From: a virus
Virus record (IMG/VR): IMGVR_UViG_3300045988_176028
Length of the DNA stretch: 64,000 bases
Direction: 5' to 3' (one strand)
Of this stretch, positions 62,430-64,000 are shown in pieces. The position numbers and the translations under genes are program-made. Positions within the stretch are counted from its first letter, which is position 1; each line of letters opens with the position of its first letter. Under the pieces are notes generated by a model that saw nothing but the letters and a program-made list of their open reading frames with translations, made no database searches and was not told the origin of the DNA.

Positions 62430-62803
62430 GCGTCCTCGCTTTCCGATTCCGCTTGCTTGTTGGGGTCGTGGTTTGCGGCCAATGTGAGGTCGCCGGAATT
62501 GATTTTACGCAGGACGGCTTGAAGCTGCTGTTCCACAACGGATTGCGTGGAATGGTATCCGTTGTGTCCGGCGATGAGTTCTTCTGGGGTCATGTTCCAT
62601 GCGTGGGCGAGTTTTTCCACGTCGGCGGGGAGCCATTCGACCGTTTCGTTGTATCGTGTGGTGACGTAGCTGGGGCTTTTGCCTAGTTGACGTGCGATGT
62701 CCCGTGCGGAGAGCCGTCGGATTCCGGCTTCCGCTAGGATGCGTTGGTTGATTCTTCTGTTGAATTCGCTGGTTTGGTTTTTTCTTTTTCCCATGTTTTC
62801 CAT
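62423..62803 (-). CDS. XRE-family HTH transcriptional regulator (ImmR-like)
   Basis: HTH segment LSARDIARQLGKSPSYVTTRYNETVEWLPADVEKLAHAWNMTPEELI. Overlaps the ImmA-like start by 7 nt, matching the immR-immA gene order. Confidence 0.75.
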   Translation of the reverse strand: MENMGKRKNQTSEFNRRINQRILAEAGIRRLSARDIARQLGKSPSYVTTRYNETVEWLPADVEKLAHAWNMTPEELIAGHNGYHSTQSVVEQQLQAVLRKINSGDLTLAANHDPNKQAESESEDAC

Positions 62804-62841
62804 GATAACTGATTTTTAACATGAAACGCGTGGTTTTAGAT

Positions 62842-62869
62842 TTGACAGCATACTTTTATATGCTATTGT
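62842..62869 (+). promoter_or_regulatory. sigma-70-like promoter candidate facing the 63116 gene
   Basis: TTGACA (62842..62847), a 16-nt spacer containing the inverted repeat gcata/tatgc, then TATTGT (62864..62869). Confidence 0.4.
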
Positions 62870-62879
62870 CTGTAATTAC

Positions 62880-62891
62880 GAACACTTGTTC
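62880..62891. promoter_or_regulatory. palindromic operator candidate GAACActTGTTC
   Basis: Perfect 5+5 palindrome about 10 nt downstream of the candidate -10. Its right arm plus flank, TTGTTCAC, equals the conserved 8-mer of the promoter/leader box. Confidence 0.4.
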
Positions 62892-63029
62892 ACTCGAAGA
62901 AACAGGAAGTCAATGCATAACATGAGTTACGACAAGGCACGGACGCCCTTGTGGACAGTCAGGTAGACACCTCCAAGAAACCCGTTCCACATACCCCGCC
63001 TCAAAATTGGAGGGACACACCCCCAATTT

Positions 63030-63048
63030 TGTGAATACGCCCAGTATG
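63030..63048 (-). promoter_or_regulatory. degenerate copy of the promoter/leader box
   Basis: Coding-strand text is catactgggcgtattcaca (14/19 to consensus). Directly abuts the 9-bp inverted repeat caaaattgg/ccaattttg (63002..63031). Confidence 0.3.
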
Positions 63049-63115
63049 ACTAGAATAAAAAAACGTCCACACAATATAAGCCAGACTCCACACAGGCCAG
63101 ACCAAAAGGAATGTT

Positions 63116-64000
63116 TTGAGAAAGACAATAGACCAGAAAATCCTCTTGGATAAACACTTCACAAAATTGGACATCCTAGGCCAGCACCTATGGATGATGC
63201 TCCAACTGCATCCGAAGACCAATGCTCTCGGCGTATGTGATTGGACGTTTGGAAAAATCAACGCTTACACTCACGGAAACACTCCCACCCTATTCCAACA
63301 GGCGGGACGGGAACTCGTAAACGAAGGACTACTGGTCATAGACGAGGACACCGAAGAAGCACTCCTCCTCGACCACATCGACCTCACGGCGGACTCCGGA
63401 ACCATCGAATCCGCATACCTTGGAACCGCCAGCCCAAGACTGCGCAGAATCCTAGTCAGTGAACTGAACCGAACCCTCCGACAGGGAAAGCACTTCCCGT
63501 TCGAATGGGAGGAGATTCATGACATCCTCAGTGAATCGAATGCCGACTCCGACGAATATGAGGAGCCGCATCCAAGCGTGGAACCCGTCGAGGATGATTC
63601 CCTAAACACCTCCCAGACAGATAATTCCACCTCCAAAAAGGAAAAAGAACCCGCCAAGCAGGACGATACCGAAACCTCAAGCGTGAAACCCGTAGAAGCG
63701 GAAGACAAGCCCGTCGGGAAGCGTCGCGGTCGCCCACGCAAGAATCCACTCCCTCCGGAAGGAGAAGACAAACCGAAGCGTCGGCGCGGTCGCCCACGCA
63801 AGTACAAACCCGAACCGGTCGAACTGATGGACGGAACCATGGAGCCTCCGTTCGAGGAGCCGATGACCATGGAACAGGTCGAGGTTCTGCCCCAATACGA
63901 TTCCAACGCTCCAATCGACGTGGATGATGACGGGGAACCCAAGTATTTGCAGTGGGATGAAATCCCGCAACAGCTTTGGTTCTGGCATCCTCTGCCGGAA
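63116..64000 (+). CDS. AT-hook-containing protein (5' partial view; runs off the window)
   Basis: Hand translation is open from the TTG at 63116 (after AAAGGAA) to the window end, so it is absent from the ORF track. Two GRPRK AT-hook cores (KRRGRPRKNP, RRRGRPRKYK). Confidence 0.6.
   Translation, partial: MRKTIDQKILLDKHFTKLDILGQHLWMMLQLHPKTNALGVCDWTFGKINAYTHGNTPTLFQQAGRELVNEGLLVIDEDTEEALLLDHIDLTADSGTIESAYLGTASPRLRRILVSELNRTLRQGKHFPFEWEEIHDILSESNADSDEYEEPHPSVEPVEDDSLNTSQTDNSTSKKEKEPAKQDDTETSSVKPVEAEDKPVGKRRGRPRKNPLPPEGEDKPKRRRGRPRKYKPEPVELMDGTMEPPFEEPMTMEQVEVLPQYDSNAPIDVDDDGEPKYLQWDEIPQQLWFWHPLPE

Noticed and set aside
1-64000. tRNA, rRNA, transposase or integrase genes, and attachment-site repeats marking an integrated element
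   Set aside because: I found no cloverleaf-like or rRNA-like sequence, no recognisable recombinase or transposase, and no long terminal repeats. The Rep/iteron/Par content argues for a plasmid rather than an integrated ICE, at least within this window.

Overview
This 64-kb window looks like part of a large conjugative, iteron-type plasmid from a high-GC Gram-positive host. A Bifidobacterium-like actinobacterium is my guess and is not verifiable here.

Plasmid backbone:
- RepA-family initiator (50525..51394) next to three 22-bp iterons and an AT-rich stretch.
- ParA plus a small partner protein (49268..50416).
- Plasmid-borne DnaB helicase and a ParB-like nuclease-domain protein.

Transfer-gene block (38028..54607), Gram-positive T4SS style:
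- ParA/MinD-like ATPase and a replication-relaxation-like protein.
- Membrane-anchored P-loop ATPase.
- 1335-aa polytopic protein and several small membrane proteins.
- Membrane-anchored DUF1524/HNH nuclease.

Main result: a complete diversity-generating retroelement (DGR) at 14890..18030 on the minus strand.
- Gene order is target, Avd-like gene, template repeat (TR), reverse transcriptase (RT).
- The 154-bp TR (16314..16467) and variable repeat (VR, 17112..17265) differ at 17 positions by my hand alignment. Every difference is an adenine in the TR coding strand.
- The diversified secreted protein starts 12 nt after a sortase-pilus/adhesin cluster: pilin, class-C sortase and a 1792-aa adhesin.

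Small-gene islands:
- Two islands of small unknown genes (29..11572 minus strand; 55041..61939 plus strand) carry an ArdC-like protein, a Lar-like zinc-ribbon protein and several very acidic proteins.
- They are punctuated by about 20 copies of one conserved promoter/leader box, TATAsTGGAAnnGTYCACA.

Other oddities:
- A 38-nt repeat family in three copies.
- A ~0.75-kb strongly T-depleted A/C-rich non-coding tract upstream of the transfer genes.
- An XRE/ImmA-like switch whose protease gene is broken by an exact 11-bp tandem duplication.
- A flotillin gene with an in-frame TAG.
- A frameshifted repeat-protein paralog.

I saw no rRNA, tRNA or CRISPR array. All family names come from motif recognition by eye, not from database searches.
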